This document shows, in pieces, positions 46,108 to 55,015 of a DNA stretch of 64,000 nucleotides. Every line of letters starts with the position of its first letter. The first letter of the stretch is position 1. A program made the translations under genes and the position numbers. Under the pieces are notes generated by a model. The model was not told the DNA's origin and made no database searches. It worked only from the letters and a program-made list of their open reading frames with translations. Source of the DNA: an uncultured Clostridia bacterium (GTDB lineage: Bacteria; Bacillota; Clostridia; Oscillospirales; CAG-272); assembly GCA_947630625.1 (NCBI GenBank), contig CANRIL010000008.1, positions 10,901-74,900 of the forward strand. The letters are read 5' to 3'.

Positions 46108-47055
46108 TTAAAATACAGTCTCGATCACGCGGTCACAGCAAGCGGGGGAATACCGCCATGAATCAATATGGCTGACCGTTTCCGTGTCGATAAAGTACCG
46201 CGGCGGCGAGACATCACGCAAAAGCTCGCCCCTGTACGCCCCGACGACTGCGAGTTTGACTTTCATTCGCTCGGGAACGATGCTCTTTATGTAAACGGCG
46301 GCGCTGCCGCCGACCGTCACATCATCGTGCGGCTCCGCGAGCCCGGTCAGATTCGGCGTCAGCTCAACGAATATCCCGTAGCTTTCGACGGAGCGGACGA
46401 TCCCGGCAACCGTCTGTCCGGGGGAAAACATCGCCGCGTTTTCCTCCCACGTGCCGCACAGCTCGCGGTGCGTCACGCTGATCCTCCCCAAGCCGTCGAT
46501 CCCCCTGACGACGACGTGTATCCGCGAGGAAACAGGCATCCGCTCACGCGGATGCGAGATGCGCGAAACGGAGATCGCGTCTACCGGCAAAAGCGACGTG
46601 ACGCCGCAGCCGATATCGACGAACGCGCCGAACCGCTCAAGGTGCGTCACCTTCGCGGGGATTATGTCGCCGGGGATGAGGTCGGAGATATAATTTTTCA
46701 TGCACATCTCCTGCGCCGCCCTCCGGGAGAGATACGCGACGGGCGGCGTCGCCGTCATGTCGACGCGCTGAACAACAAACGAAACAGCCCTGCCGACGCG
46801 TGTTATGACGGCGATGTTTTTGACCTCCTCCCCGACCCCGGTGAGGCTGACATCCTCCCGTCTTATGATCCCGACGACACCGCCGAGATCGACGCGCAGA
46901 CTGTAATCGTCGCTGTCGCACATGACGGCAGGCGCCTCGCAGATCGCCCCCGTCTCCATCGCACGCAGCAGTCCCGAAGGGGATGAAATATACGCCCTGT
47001 TCTCCGCGCTGCCGGTCCTGTATCCTTCCGGAAGATAATTCTCCATGCCTTTCAT
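46108..47055 (-). CDS. S1 RNA-binding domain protein
   Basis: Two clear S1 motifs: GDIIPAKVTHLERFGAFVDIG...LLPVDAIS and GQTVAGIVRSVESYGIFVELTPNLTGLAE. Confidence 0.75.
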   Translation of the reverse strand: MKGMENYLPEGYRTGSAENRAYISSPSGLLRAMETGAICEAPAVMCDSDDYSLRVDLGGVVGIIRREDVSLTGVGEEVKNIAVITRVGRAVSFVVQRVDMTATPPVAYLSRRAAQEMCMKNYISDLIPGDIIPAKVTHLERFGAFVDIGCGVTSLLPVDAISVSRISHPRERMPVSSRIHVVVRGIDGLGRISVTHRELCGTWEENAAMFSPGQTVAGIVRSVESYGIFVELTPNLTGLAEPHDDVTVGGSAAVYIKSIVPERMKVKLAVVGAYRGELLRDVSPPRYFIDTETVSHIDSWRYSPACCDRVIETVF

Positions 47056-47149
47056 GTCATATCCTTTCTTTTATCACGATTCCGCTTTATCCTATGCGTC
47101 CGGTGATAAGGATTATGACAGCATCTTCATCCCAGGAAGGACGCCGCTT

Positions 47150-48463
47150 TTATTCGTAGGCTGCGCATTTTGAAAATTTCTGCGCCGCGAATCTGCAGAT
47201 CGAGGCAAATATCAAAAGCAATGTCACGCCCGTCATGACATACGTCCTGTCGATGTAAAACTTCACGGTTCCACCGTAGATCCAAACGTTGACCGAGGAT
47301 AAGATCACGAGCACGCACACAGAAAAGAAGATCAAAAACGCGCATTCGATCATCGGCTTCGGCTTGCCGCGCAGCTTTACGGCGTACACTATCGGAAAAA
47401 CGACCGAAAGCGCCGCGGGAACAAACGCGAGCCAGTTCAGCACGTCGGAAAGGACGCCGGAAGGGCGCATTGCAAACGCTGCCTTTGAGCCGAGAAATAT
47501 TATTATTGCACATATGATGATCAGGCTCTCTGCCCACCGCAGCCGACGCATTTTGATATCGGTTTCAGGCGCGTGTTTTTCCCCTGCCGTGAACGGCGCA
47601 TACATAAAACTATAGCAAAGATATAGAACCGCAAGCGGGCACAGAAGCGAAAACATAATTTCTATGAAAGCGGGATAACGGTCAAACTCTGTCACCGTAT
47701 TTTCTTCCGGGTCGGCCGTCACGCCGCCGACATTATCTCCTTCAATTAAAATTCCGGGGTCCGTTCCCTGATTTGCATATATATGCGTTTCCGTCAGCTG
47801 TAAGGAAGTGATAAAGACAAACCACAGAACTAAAAACAGCAGCGCAAACACCGCAAAAGTCCATCTGAATGATTCCAAGGCCGCCTGCCTTCTGTCCTCC
47901 GCTCCGCCCGCGTCAACAGCCTCCCCGCCAAACGTCTCGCGCGCACGAAACAGAGCGAGCACCGTTATGACGGCGGCGGCTATGTCAAATATCAGCATAG
48001 CGAGCACGCCGATAAGCGTGATCCCTCCCTGAAAAAACGTCCCGACGAGAAACATGACCGCGACGCCGACGACGATCAGCGCCATTGAAATTATAGCCGA
48101 TGTCCGAAGCCTGCCGACCGTGCGCCTGAGCATCGCAGCGGCGCGCCGTTCGCCGCGCTCCTTTGCCCGCGCCTCCGCGCGGAGGCCGTCGTCCGCCCTG
48201 TCTTCAAATTCATCGTTCCCTTCATTTTGACGGCGCGCCGGTGTATATGATACTTTTGGCTCCCCGCGCAGTATCTCATCGCACGTGACGCCGAAAATCT
48301 CCGCGATCGCCGGGATCAACAATAGATCGGGCATCGTTTCGTCGCGCTCCCAGCGCGACACCGCTTTACTTGAAACGTTAAGTTTGTCCGCGAGCTCCTG
48401 CTGCGTCATTCCGTTTGCCCTGCGGAGCGCCGCGATGAAGCTGCCGATCGATTTTCTTTCCAT
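47150..48463 (-). CDS. XRE-family HTH regulator fused to a polytopic membrane domain
   Basis: N-terminus IGSFIAALRRANGMTQQELADKLNVSSKAVSRWERDETMPDLLLIPAIAEIFGVTCDEIL. At least six hydrophobic helices follow. Confidence 0.8.
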   Translation of the reverse strand: MERKSIGSFIAALRRANGMTQQELADKLNVSSKAVSRWERDETMPDLLLIPAIAEIFGVTCDEILRGEPKVSYTPARRQNEGNDEFEDRADDGLRAEARAKERGERRAAAMLRRTVGRLRTSAIISMALIVVGVAVMFLVGTFFQGGITLIGVLAMLIFDIAAAVITVLALFRARETFGGEAVDAGGAEDRRQAALESFRWTFAVFALLFLVLWFVFITSLQLTETHIYANQGTDPGILIEGDNVGGVTADPEENTVTEFDRYPAFIEIMFSLLCPLAVLYLCYSFMYAPFTAGEKHAPETDIKMRRLRWAESLIIICAIIIFLGSKAAFAMRPSGVLSDVLNWLAFVPAALSVVFPIVYAVKLRGKPKPMIECAFLIFFSVCVLVILSSVNVWIYGGTVKFYIDRTYVMTGVTLLLIFASICRFAAQKFSKCAAYE

Positions 48464-48804
48464 AGATCATTCCCTCCGTTTTGTGTGTTCGGCGGCGGGT
48501 CTTTCCCACCGTCATGAGTCAATTATACATAGAGCGAGACAAAAAAACACAGCCCGTATCTCGCGAATTTTGTCTCGGAAAGTGAGAATCGGACGTTTTT
48601 GTGAAGCTTTGATTGCTTATTTTTCCAAATTTAGGTTTAACGCACGCTCAACCGCTGCCGCACGGCGGAAAAGCCGCATCAAATCAGCCGTCAATATCGG
48701 GTCTGCGTCAAAGCCGCATCAAAAGCTGTGCTTTTGTGATCGTCGAGCCGAACCCACGATCATATTTTACCATATCAGCCGCATGAAATTCAAAATATCG
48801 GGAC

Positions 48805-48832
48805 GAAAAAAGAGAACGGAAAACCGTTCTCT
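48805..48832 (-). terminator. second rho-independent terminator downstream of the tRNA
   Basis: Minus strand: AGAGAACGG-UUUU-CCGUUCUCU followed by UUUUUU. Confidence 0.65.
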
Positions 48833-48851
48833 CCGCCATGCACGTATAAAG

Positions 48852-48877
48852 AAAAATCGGGGGACAGCGCCCCCGAT
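48852..48877 (-). terminator. rho-independent terminator of the tRNA gene
   Basis: Minus strand: UCGGGGG-CGCUGU-CCCCCGA followed by UUUUU. Confidence 0.7.
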
Positions 48878-48886
48878 ATTCATTTG

Positions 48887-48960
48887 TGGGCCATCAGGGA
48901 CTCGAACCCCGGACCGACCGGTTATGAGCCGGTTGCTCTAACCAACTGAGCTAATGGCCC
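48887..48960 (-). tRNA. tRNA with anticodon CAT (probably lysidine-type tRNA-Ile2; elongator tRNA-Met not excluded)
   Basis: The 74-nt minus-strand sequence GGGCCATTAGCTCAGTTGGTTAGAGCAACCGGCTCATAACCGGTCGGTCCGGGGTTCGAGTCCCTGATGGCCCA folds as a cloverleaf. The stems are 7-bp acceptor, GCTC/GAGC D stem, ACCGG/CCGGT anticodon stem with loop CTCATAA, and a T arm with GTTCGAGTC. No encoded CCA. It lacks the three G-C pairs of an initiator anticodon stem. Confidence 0.9.
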
Positions 48961-48978
48961 TTTTCATAACGCTTAAAT

Positions 48979-49007
48979 AGTATAATACATTCGAGGCTGT
49001 TTGTCAA
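48979..49007 (-). promoter_or_regulatory. sigma-A promoter of the tRNA gene (TTGACA-17 nt-TATACT)
   Basis: Minus strand: TTGACA at 49007-49002, a 17-nt spacer, then TATACT at 48984-48979. It lies 18 nt upstream of the tRNA 5' end. Confidence 0.7.
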
Positions 49008-49096
49008 TACGCAATTTAAAAAAATTTTGAAGCTGAAGCGTCCGTACGAGTGATACGGGAAATTCCGCGGGAGGCGCGCATAGCTGATTTCGTCGA

Positions 49097-49125
49097 TTGA
49101 CGCGCAGGGCTTTTGGGTGTATAAT
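49097..49125 (+). promoter_or_regulatory. sigma-A promoter of the TPR/DUF4037 pair (TTGACG-17 nt-TATAAT)
   Basis: TTGACG at 49097-49102, a 17-nt spacer ending in TG, then TATAAT at 49120-49125. Confidence 0.6.
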
Positions 49126-49158
49126 AGAGAAAATTATTGGCGGAAGGAAGCATGGCAA

Positions 49159-49986
49159 ATGGCAATGGAACTTTTACCCGAGGATTATGCGGAGCCGAGA
49201 TGTCCGCTCTGCGTCCCGCAATATAAAGAAAACGGAAGAAACGTCGTTCGTATACCGGTCGGCCGCGTAATTGAAAAGTACGACGAATACATAGGCATGC
49301 GCGATTCCGACGCGGCGGAACGCCACCTTCTTTACTGGCTTGCAGAAGCGGAGGCGGGCGGCGACTCGCACGGCCGCCTTACGGTCATAAACGAGCTGAT
49401 GGGATTTTACCGCAACACGGAGCGGCGGGACGAGGCGTATAAATACGCCGCGCTCGGGCTTGAGGCGGTCCACGACGACAAGCGCCTCATCACCGCGACA
49501 ACATACATAAACGCCGCCACCGTATATAAATCGTTCGGCGAAGCGTCCCGCGCGTATCCCCTCTTCGTCCGCGCGCGCGAAATTTACGAAGAGCTGCTCG
49601 AACCAGACGATGAACGCCTCGCCGGGCTCTACAACAACATGGCGCTCGCGCTTTCCGACCTCGGCCGCTATAGCGAATGCTACGAGCTCTACCGTCGCGC
49701 GATCGAGATCATGATCGGAAAAGAGCGCGGCACGATCGACGCCGCGATATCATACCTCAACATGGCAAACGCGCGCGAGGCCGAAAAAGGCGCCGACAGC
49801 GCCGCCGGCGACATTGACGACGACCTTGCATGCGCCGAGGCGCTGCTTGAGGACGCCGCCGACCGCCGCGATAAATATTACGCCTACGTCTGCGCGCGCT
49901 GCGCGCCGACGTTCCGCCGCTACGGCATGGAGGATTACGCAAAAACGCTCGAGGCGCGCTCACAAGACATATATGAAGGGGCTTGA
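49159..49986 (+). CDS. tetratricopeptide repeat protein
   Basis: TPR_12-like repeats are present (ATTYINAATVYKSFGEASRAYPLFVRAREIYEE; LAGLYNNMALALSDLGRYSECYELYRRAIEIM). Start moved to ATG 49159, downstream of the predicted promoter, with GGAAGGAAG upstream. Confidence 0.7.
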   Translation: MAMELLPEDYAEPRCPLCVPQYKENGRNVVRIPVGRVIEKYDEYIGMRDSDAAERHLLYWLAEAEAGGDSHGRLTVINELMGFYRNTERRDEAYKYAALGLEAVHDDKRLITATTYINAATVYKSFGEASRAYPLFVRAREIYEELLEPDDERLAGLYNNMALALSDLGRYSECYELYRRAIEIMIGKERGTIDAAISYLNMANAREAEKGADSAAGDIDDDLACAEALLEDAADRRDKYYAYVCARCAPTFRRYGMEDYAKTLEARSQDIYEGA

Positions 49987-50917
49987 GCTCTCCCGCCGGT
50001 TTTATCTTGAGTGCGGCGCGCCGATGCTGCACAGCCGTTTTCCCGAACTTGAGGGTATCCTCGCGGTCGGGCTTTCGGGTCCCGGCTCCGAATGCTTCGG
50101 ATACGACGACGACATATCGCGCGACCACGATTTTGAGCCCGGCTTCTGCATTTTCGCCCCCGACTCGCTGGACAGAAAATCGCTTTTCGAGCTCGAGCGC
50201 GCGTATGCCTCGCTGCCGCGTTCGTTCCTCGGATTTGAGCGATCTGCCGTCGCCCCTGTCGGCGGCAGCCGGCACGGCGTCATTTTGCAGTCCGACTTTT
50301 TCCGGCAGCATACAGGGTCGCCGACGGGCTCGCTGACTCCGCGCGAATGGATGCGCGTCCCCGAATCGTTTCTGGCAGAGGCAACGAACGGCGAGATTTT
50401 CCGCGACGACGCGGGAACATTTTCAGCCGCGCGCAGCTCTCTCCTTCATATGCCCGAATCCGTTCGGCTCAAAAAGCTGGCGGGCAACCTGCTGCTCTCG
50501 GCGCAGTCCGGTCAATATAATTACGGTCGCTGCATCAAAAGGGGCGACACCGCCGCCGCACAGCTTTCGGCGATAGAATTCACCCGCCACGCGATGGCAT
50601 CATGCTTCAATATTTCGGGGCGCTATATGCCTTATTACAAGTGGTCGTTTACGGCGCTCTCCACGCTGCCCGAATTCGCAACACTTGCCGACGCGTTTGA
50701 ATACCTGATAAGCACCGACAACGACAAAAAGACGGCTGCCGTAAAAACAGATGTCATCGGCGATATCTGCCGCACACTTGCCGAACAGACCTCCCGCCTG
50801 ACGAACGCCGCATACAAATGCGAAAACCCCGATCTTGAACGGCTCGCCTACGCCGTGAACGACAAGATAAAAGACACCGATATACGCAGCCTCAACATCC
50901 TTTACGCTGTAGACTGA
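49973..50917 (+). CDS. DUF4037-type protein with degenerate nucleotidyltransferase-fold N-terminus
   Basis: MKGLELSRRFY...AVGLSGPGSECFGYDDDISRDHDFEPGF resembles the GSxxxG...DxD Pol-beta-type NTase motif followed by a helical domain. It has a 14-nt overlap with the TPR gene. Confidence 0.6.
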   Translation: MKGLELSRRFYLECGAPMLHSRFPELEGILAVGLSGPGSECFGYDDDISRDHDFEPGFCIFAPDSLDRKSLFELERAYASLPRSFLGFERSAVAPVGGSRHGVILQSDFFRQHTGSPTGSLTPREWMRVPESFLAEATNGEIFRDDAGTFSAARSSLLHMPESVRLKKLAGNLLLSAQSGQYNYGRCIKRGDTAAAQLSAIEFTRHAMASCFNISGRYMPYYKWSFTALSTLPEFATLADAFEYLISTDNDKKTAAVKTDVIGDICRTLAEQTSRLTNAAYKCENPDLERLAYAVNDKIKDTDIRSLNILYAVD

Positions 50918-50943
50918 AAAATTTTTATATAAGGAGCTCACAA

Positions 50944-51888
50944 ATGACAACAGAAGCAAAAGTTGAAGAAAAGCATGTCCGCACGCCGTTCGGCGCGGCG
51001 AAGCCGATATCCGTGCTGCTCGCCGTCCTGCTCGCGCTGTCGATGCTTGCCGCCTGCATTCTCGGCATACTTCGTTCGACGCTTTCCTCGGACGGTATCT
51101 CACGCATCATCACCGCGATGATGAGCGGCGACTCCGCGATGCTGCCCGGCATGCTGCACGTTTCCGCAGCAGAGGGAGCCGGGGATATCCTCGGCGGCAT
51201 GAGCACTGACAAGATCGTCGACGCCGCATTTGATCTCGGACTTGAAGACATACTTGAGGAATACGGGATCACGCGCGACAATCTCGGCGCGATAATCGAA
51301 CGGTCGACGTTTCGCGAATTTGCCGCGAAAAACGGCTCAAAGATCGCGATGACGTTCCTCGAAGGCGGCAGCGTTTCGGACGCCGTTGACCCGGACACGA
51401 TCGTCAGCTTCGTCCGCGAGAACGAGGATGTAATTTACGACGTGACCGGAAATCGCATCACCGAGGAGCAGTACGAAAAGCTTAAAAACCGTCTGCCCGA
51501 TGTCGTCTCAAAAATCGACAGATCTGTCGGGACCGTCAAGGATACGGTCGGCGTCGGAATTTACGCGTTCCGCGCGATAACGTCTCCCACGTGGTACATA
51601 GCCGCGATCGCCGCCGCCGTCGTTCTGGCGCTGCTGATCCTCGTGCTTCACAAATTCCTGATCGGAAAATCGCTTTCCTATATCGCGGTGCCGACGCTCG
51701 TCGTCGGGATCATAACGCTGCTGACCGCCGCCGTCGTCTTCTTTATCGGCGGCTCCGTAATGGGCGGCGCCCTCTCCGCCGTATTTTCCGCGATCAATGT
51801 CTCAATTCTCATTCGCGCCGCGATCTATACGGTCGTCGGCATCGTGCTGCTTATCGTAAAGCGCCCGCTCGCCGCGCACAATATCTGA
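50944..51888 (+). CDS. hypothetical membrane protein
   Basis: 314 aa with an N-terminal TM (ISVLLAVLLALSMLAACILGIL), a soluble middle part and three C-terminal TM helices. I recognise no family. Confidence 0.5.
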   Translation: MTTEAKVEEKHVRTPFGAAKPISVLLAVLLALSMLAACILGILRSTLSSDGISRIITAMMSGDSAMLPGMLHVSAAEGAGDILGGMSTDKIVDAAFDLGLEDILEEYGITRDNLGAIIERSTFREFAAKNGSKIAMTFLEGGSVSDAVDPDTIVSFVRENEDVIYDVTGNRITEEQYEKLKNRLPDVVSKIDRSVGTVKDTVGVGIYAFRAITSPTWYIAAIAAAVVLALLILVLHKFLIGKSLSYIAVPTLVVGIITLLTAAVVFFIGGSVMGGALSAVFSAINVSILIRAAIYTVVGIVLLIVKRPLAAHNI

Positions 51889-51927
51889 CCGCCGAGAAAT
51901 GCGCGAAAAAATTTCATCATGGCGGCA

Positions 51928-51965
51928 AAGCCGGGATGGGTACGCTTCCCCTCCCGGCTTTTTTG
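51928..51965 (+). terminator. rho-independent terminator
   Basis: AAGCCGGGAuGGG-7 nt-CCCcUCCCGGCUU followed by UUUU. Confidence 0.7.
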
Positions 51966-52055
51966 ATGCTGTAAAACAGCGCGGCGGCATATTTTCATGC
52001 CGCCAGCCGTTTTCTTTGTTATGCTATAGTTTATGAATCGTTCGTTGCCCGTATA

Positions 52056-53126
52056 TCAGAACGGCAGCATTTCTTCCGCCAGCTTCTGCCTTATCAAAAC
52101 GAGATTCGGAACGAGAACGTCCATGCCGCGTATCTTCGCGCTCGTATACGTTCCCGACGAGGGGATGGAAAATGTCTTCACTTCCATCGAGCTGACCTTC
52201 GGCAGCATCTCAGCCAGAAGACCGAGCACCTGAGATTTCGTCATATCGGTGGCAAGCTTCGGCAGGATCTCGTCGGCTATATTTTTCAGCTCGCCGACGC
52301 TTGCATCTTTGAATTTCTTGAACAGCGTCGTCATTATGGTGCGCTGTCTTTCAGTGCGCTTGAAATCCGAATCGATCCTTCTGACGCGCGCGTACGCGAG
52401 CGCCTGCTCGCCCGTCAGGTTGTGAAGCCCCGCCTCAATATCGACGTGTATATAGCTTCTTATATGCTCCGCTTCCTTTTCGGTAACGTCGATCTCAACG
52501 CCGCCGAGGATGTCGATTATGTCTTTGAAGTCGTAAAAGTCGCATTCAAAGCACCCGTCTATCGTCACGCCGAAATTCAGCTTGATAGTCTCCTTCAGCA
52601 GCTTGAATCCGCCGTTTTTGTAGGGCGTATTGAGCCTGTTGTCCTTATAGCCGCCGGGGATCTGGACGTAAGTGTCGCGCAAAAACGAGATGACCGACGC
52701 CTTGTTTGTGTCCGGGTTGACGCTGACGAGCATCATCGTATCGGAAAGACGCCTTTCCGCGTCGCCTGAGCGCCTGTCCTGACCGACGAGCAGGATATTG
52801 ATGAGCTTGTCGTCCTCAAGGTCTGTTATGTCCGCGGCTCCCGGCCACACAATATCTTCGTGGTTGACAACGGGCGGCTCCGTCGCGCTGCCGTTTCCCT
52901 CAATGTCGCCGAGTTCATTTTCCGTGTCAAACTCATCGCCTCCGGGCAGGATGTTTCCCGCCGTATCGTTGGGGTCCACATATTCTATCAGATTCAGGTA
53001 ATGATCTATGATCATATAAAACGCGCCGACGGTGACGGCGATGATCGCAACGATCGTGATCATGACGATCGCCGTCGTCGTGCTCGCGCTCTTTTTTGAT
53101 TTTTTCTTCGCCTGTTTCGATGCCAT
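52056..53126 (-). CDS. LCP (LytR-CpsA-Psr) family cell-wall glycopolymer ligase
   Basis: INILLVGQDRRSGD...SDTMMLVSVNP...VISFLRDTYVQIPG...NTPYKNGG. N-terminal TM anchor. Start at ATG 53126, with GAGGAAA upstream. Confidence 0.85.
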   Translation of the reverse strand: MASKQAKKKSKKSASTTTAIVMITIVAIIAVTVGAFYMIIDHYLNLIEYVDPNDTAGNILPGGDEFDTENELGDIEGNGSATEPPVVNHEDIVWPGAADITDLEDDKLINILLVGQDRRSGDAERRLSDTMMLVSVNPDTNKASVISFLRDTYVQIPGGYKDNRLNTPYKNGGFKLLKETIKLNFGVTIDGCFECDFYDFKDIIDILGGVEIDVTEKEAEHIRSYIHVDIEAGLHNLTGEQALAYARVRRIDSDFKRTERQRTIMTTLFKKFKDASVGELKNIADEILPKLATDMTKSQVLGLLAEMLPKVSSMEVKTFSIPSSGTYTSAKIRGMDVLVPNLVLIRQKLAEEMLPF

Positions 53127-53334
53127 ATATTTCCTCGTATTTGGTACGTTCTGCACATAAAGAGTACACGCATGATATTGTAATACAATAAAACGGAAAA
53201 ATCAACCCGCAAAAATAAACAATTTGTAAACCTTCCGGGAGCCTCAAAATTTTCGTCCGGTCATACTTTACAAAAACGATTTCTTATGTCATAATGATAA
53301 TGTGCAAATAATAAAAAAAGGAGCATCAGACGTT

Positions 53335-53811
53335 ATGGACGAAACCGAACGTTCTATAAATAAATCAGAAACAAACGACAGCCCGGAGGATGCGGAAAAC
53401 GTGAACGCCGCGGCGGAGGCCGAAGACAAAACCGATGAGGACGAGGACGATGCTCTGCTCGAAGACGACGTGAGCGCCATTCGCGCCGCGCAGCGCAAGA
53501 TCCCGTCTCCCGCCGTGGCGCGGCTGACATACAGCGCGTATGCCGAAATGCGCCCGTCGCCGGCTTCAAAATATGCTCCCATGGAGATCTGGGGCTATAT
53601 CGCGCTGCTCTTCTTTACAGCGATCCCCGTTGCCGGGTTCATTGCCGCCGTCGTCGTCGCGCTCGTCTCAAAGAAGCTCGCGCGAAAGCGGCTTGCCACG
53701 GCTGTCGTGATCTTGCGCGCGGTGCTGTTCGCCCTGCTCGCCGCCGCGGCGATCGTCGCCGTCGCCGTATTTCACGTCGACCTTGCCGCCTATGTTTCCG
53801 GGCTTATTTAG
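53335..53811 (+). CDS. hypothetical membrane protein with acidic N-terminus
   Basis: AGGAG lies 11 nt upstream of ATG 53335. An acidic N-terminal segment of about 70 aa is followed by two TM helices. Confidence 0.45.
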   Translation: MDETERSINKSETNDSPEDAENVNAAAEAEDKTDEDEDDALLEDDVSAIRAAQRKIPSPAVARLTYSAYAEMRPSPASKYAPMEIWGYIALLFFTAIPVAGFIAAVVVALVSKKLARKRLATAVVILRAVLFALLAAAAIVAVAVFHVDLAAYVSGLI

Positions 53812-53819
53812 ATAAAACG

Positions 53820-54344
53820 TCACTGAAGGATGATCTTCAATATCTCATCCTCGTCGGGCATATGGCGCGAGAGCGCGTGATTGCTGAGTCTGCGCTCCCC
53901 GCTCACTTCCTTCAGCACCGTTATATCGGGCGGAAGGATGACCTCCTCGTCCGCGTCCGCGAGTTCCACCTCCATAACGGCGACATTTTGCCACGCGGGG
54001 TAAACGTCAATTTCAAAATTATGTCCGCGGTACGGTATCACGTACCGCGTTTTCTTTACCGGCGACGTTCCGACCTCCTGCCGCTTTGAAAGGCGAAGGA
54101 ACTCGTCCTCGTCGATAACGCGTTCATCCTCCTCGGCCGATATGTCCCCGATCCGTTTCTTCGACGTGTACGTGAACACAGCCGCGCCTCCGCGCTCGCG
54201 GCGGCGCACGCGGTCAACATGCCCCGCCTCCGATTCGATATATATCTGCTCTATCTTGTCCCCGCCTGCGCGCGACAAAATTTCCGCGTCCGGCATACTT
54301 ATAAGAAAGCGCCGCTCAGTCTCTATGTGGCCTTTATGTTCCAT
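53820..54344 (-). CDS. CYTH domain protein (triphosphate tunnel metalloenzyme family)
   Basis: The N-terminal IETERRFLI is an ExExK-type motif. Alternating charged beta-strands follow (RVRRRE, FTYTSKKR, EIDVY, VMEVEL). 174 aa. Confidence 0.7.
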   Translation of the reverse strand: MEHKGHIETERRFLISMPDAEILSRAGGDKIEQIYIESEAGHVDRVRRRERGGAAVFTYTSKKRIGDISAEEDERVIDEDEFLRLSKRQEVGTSPVKKTRYVIPYRGHNFEIDVYPAWQNVAVMEVELADADEEVILPPDITVLKEVSGERRLSNHALSRHMPDEDEILKIILQ

Positions 54345-54415
54345 ATTCTTCCCCCAAATTCAGATAACTATCCGGTATTTTATCACGTACACGTTTTCGG
54401 CGCAATACTTTGTTA

Positions 54416-54444
54416 TTGAAAAACAGGACAAAGCGTGATATACT
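54416..54444 (+). promoter_or_regulatory. sigma-A promoter (TTGAAA-17 nt-TATACT with TG extension)
   Basis: TTGAAA at 54416-54421, a 17-nt spacer ending TGa, then TATACT at 54439-54444. It lies 45 nt upstream of ATG 54490. Confidence 0.6.
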
Positions 54445-54489
54445 TTTATAAAAGCATCGACAAAATAATAATTAGGAAGAAAAAACGAT

Positions 54490-55005
54490 ATGAAACGAAA
54501 AATCCTGCCTCTTTTCGCGGCCGCGCTGGCGCTCCTGCTCGCGCTCGCCGCGTGCGCGTCAAATACATACACGCTCGTCTATTACGAAAACGAAAGCCTC
54601 ATGGAAAATTCACTTGACTTCGACATGAAAAACATCCCCGGGCTCGACAACGCCATAAGCTATGCGGCCTCGGACGGCAAGCTCGGAGAGATAACATACG
54701 CTGTCAGCGACAGCGTGAAGGGGGAATCGACTGTCGTCCTGCGGATGTCAAATACGGACTACGCCGAAAAATACAGCCGTGAGAGCGGCTGCGTCGGAAT
54801 CTCATCGCTCACCGCCGACACCGCGCTCGACGAAGAACGCCTCGGTTCCGCGACCGTAAAGTATTATAAGAGCGGCTCCACCGTCTTCGCAGTCTGGACG
54901 CTCGGCGAATACGCGTATTCGGCGTCCGTGACATTCAGGGATGCGTCGTATTTCGCCGGTCACGACGATCTTTACGACTATGTTCTCGCAGTCATATCTA
55001 CGTGA
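54490..55005 (+). CDS. hypothetical lipoprotein
   Basis: Signal peptide with lipobox MKRKILPLFAAALALLLALAAC. 171 aa. Confidence 0.6.
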   Translation: MKRKILPLFAAALALLLALAACASNTYTLVYYENESLMENSLDFDMKNIPGLDNAISYAASDGKLGEITYAVSDSVKGESTVVLRMSNTDYAEKYSRESGCVGISSLTADTALDEERLGSATVKYYKSGSTVFAVWTLGEYAYSASVTFRDASYFAGHDDLYDYVLAVIST

Positions 55006-55015
55006 GGTGGACATA

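Noticed and set aside
48285-48941. 218-aa plus-strand ORF
   Set aside because: It overlaps the 5' end of the HTH gene on the other strand. It also runs through two terminators and into the tRNA gene, and has no SD or recognisable motif. It is a GC-bias artefact.
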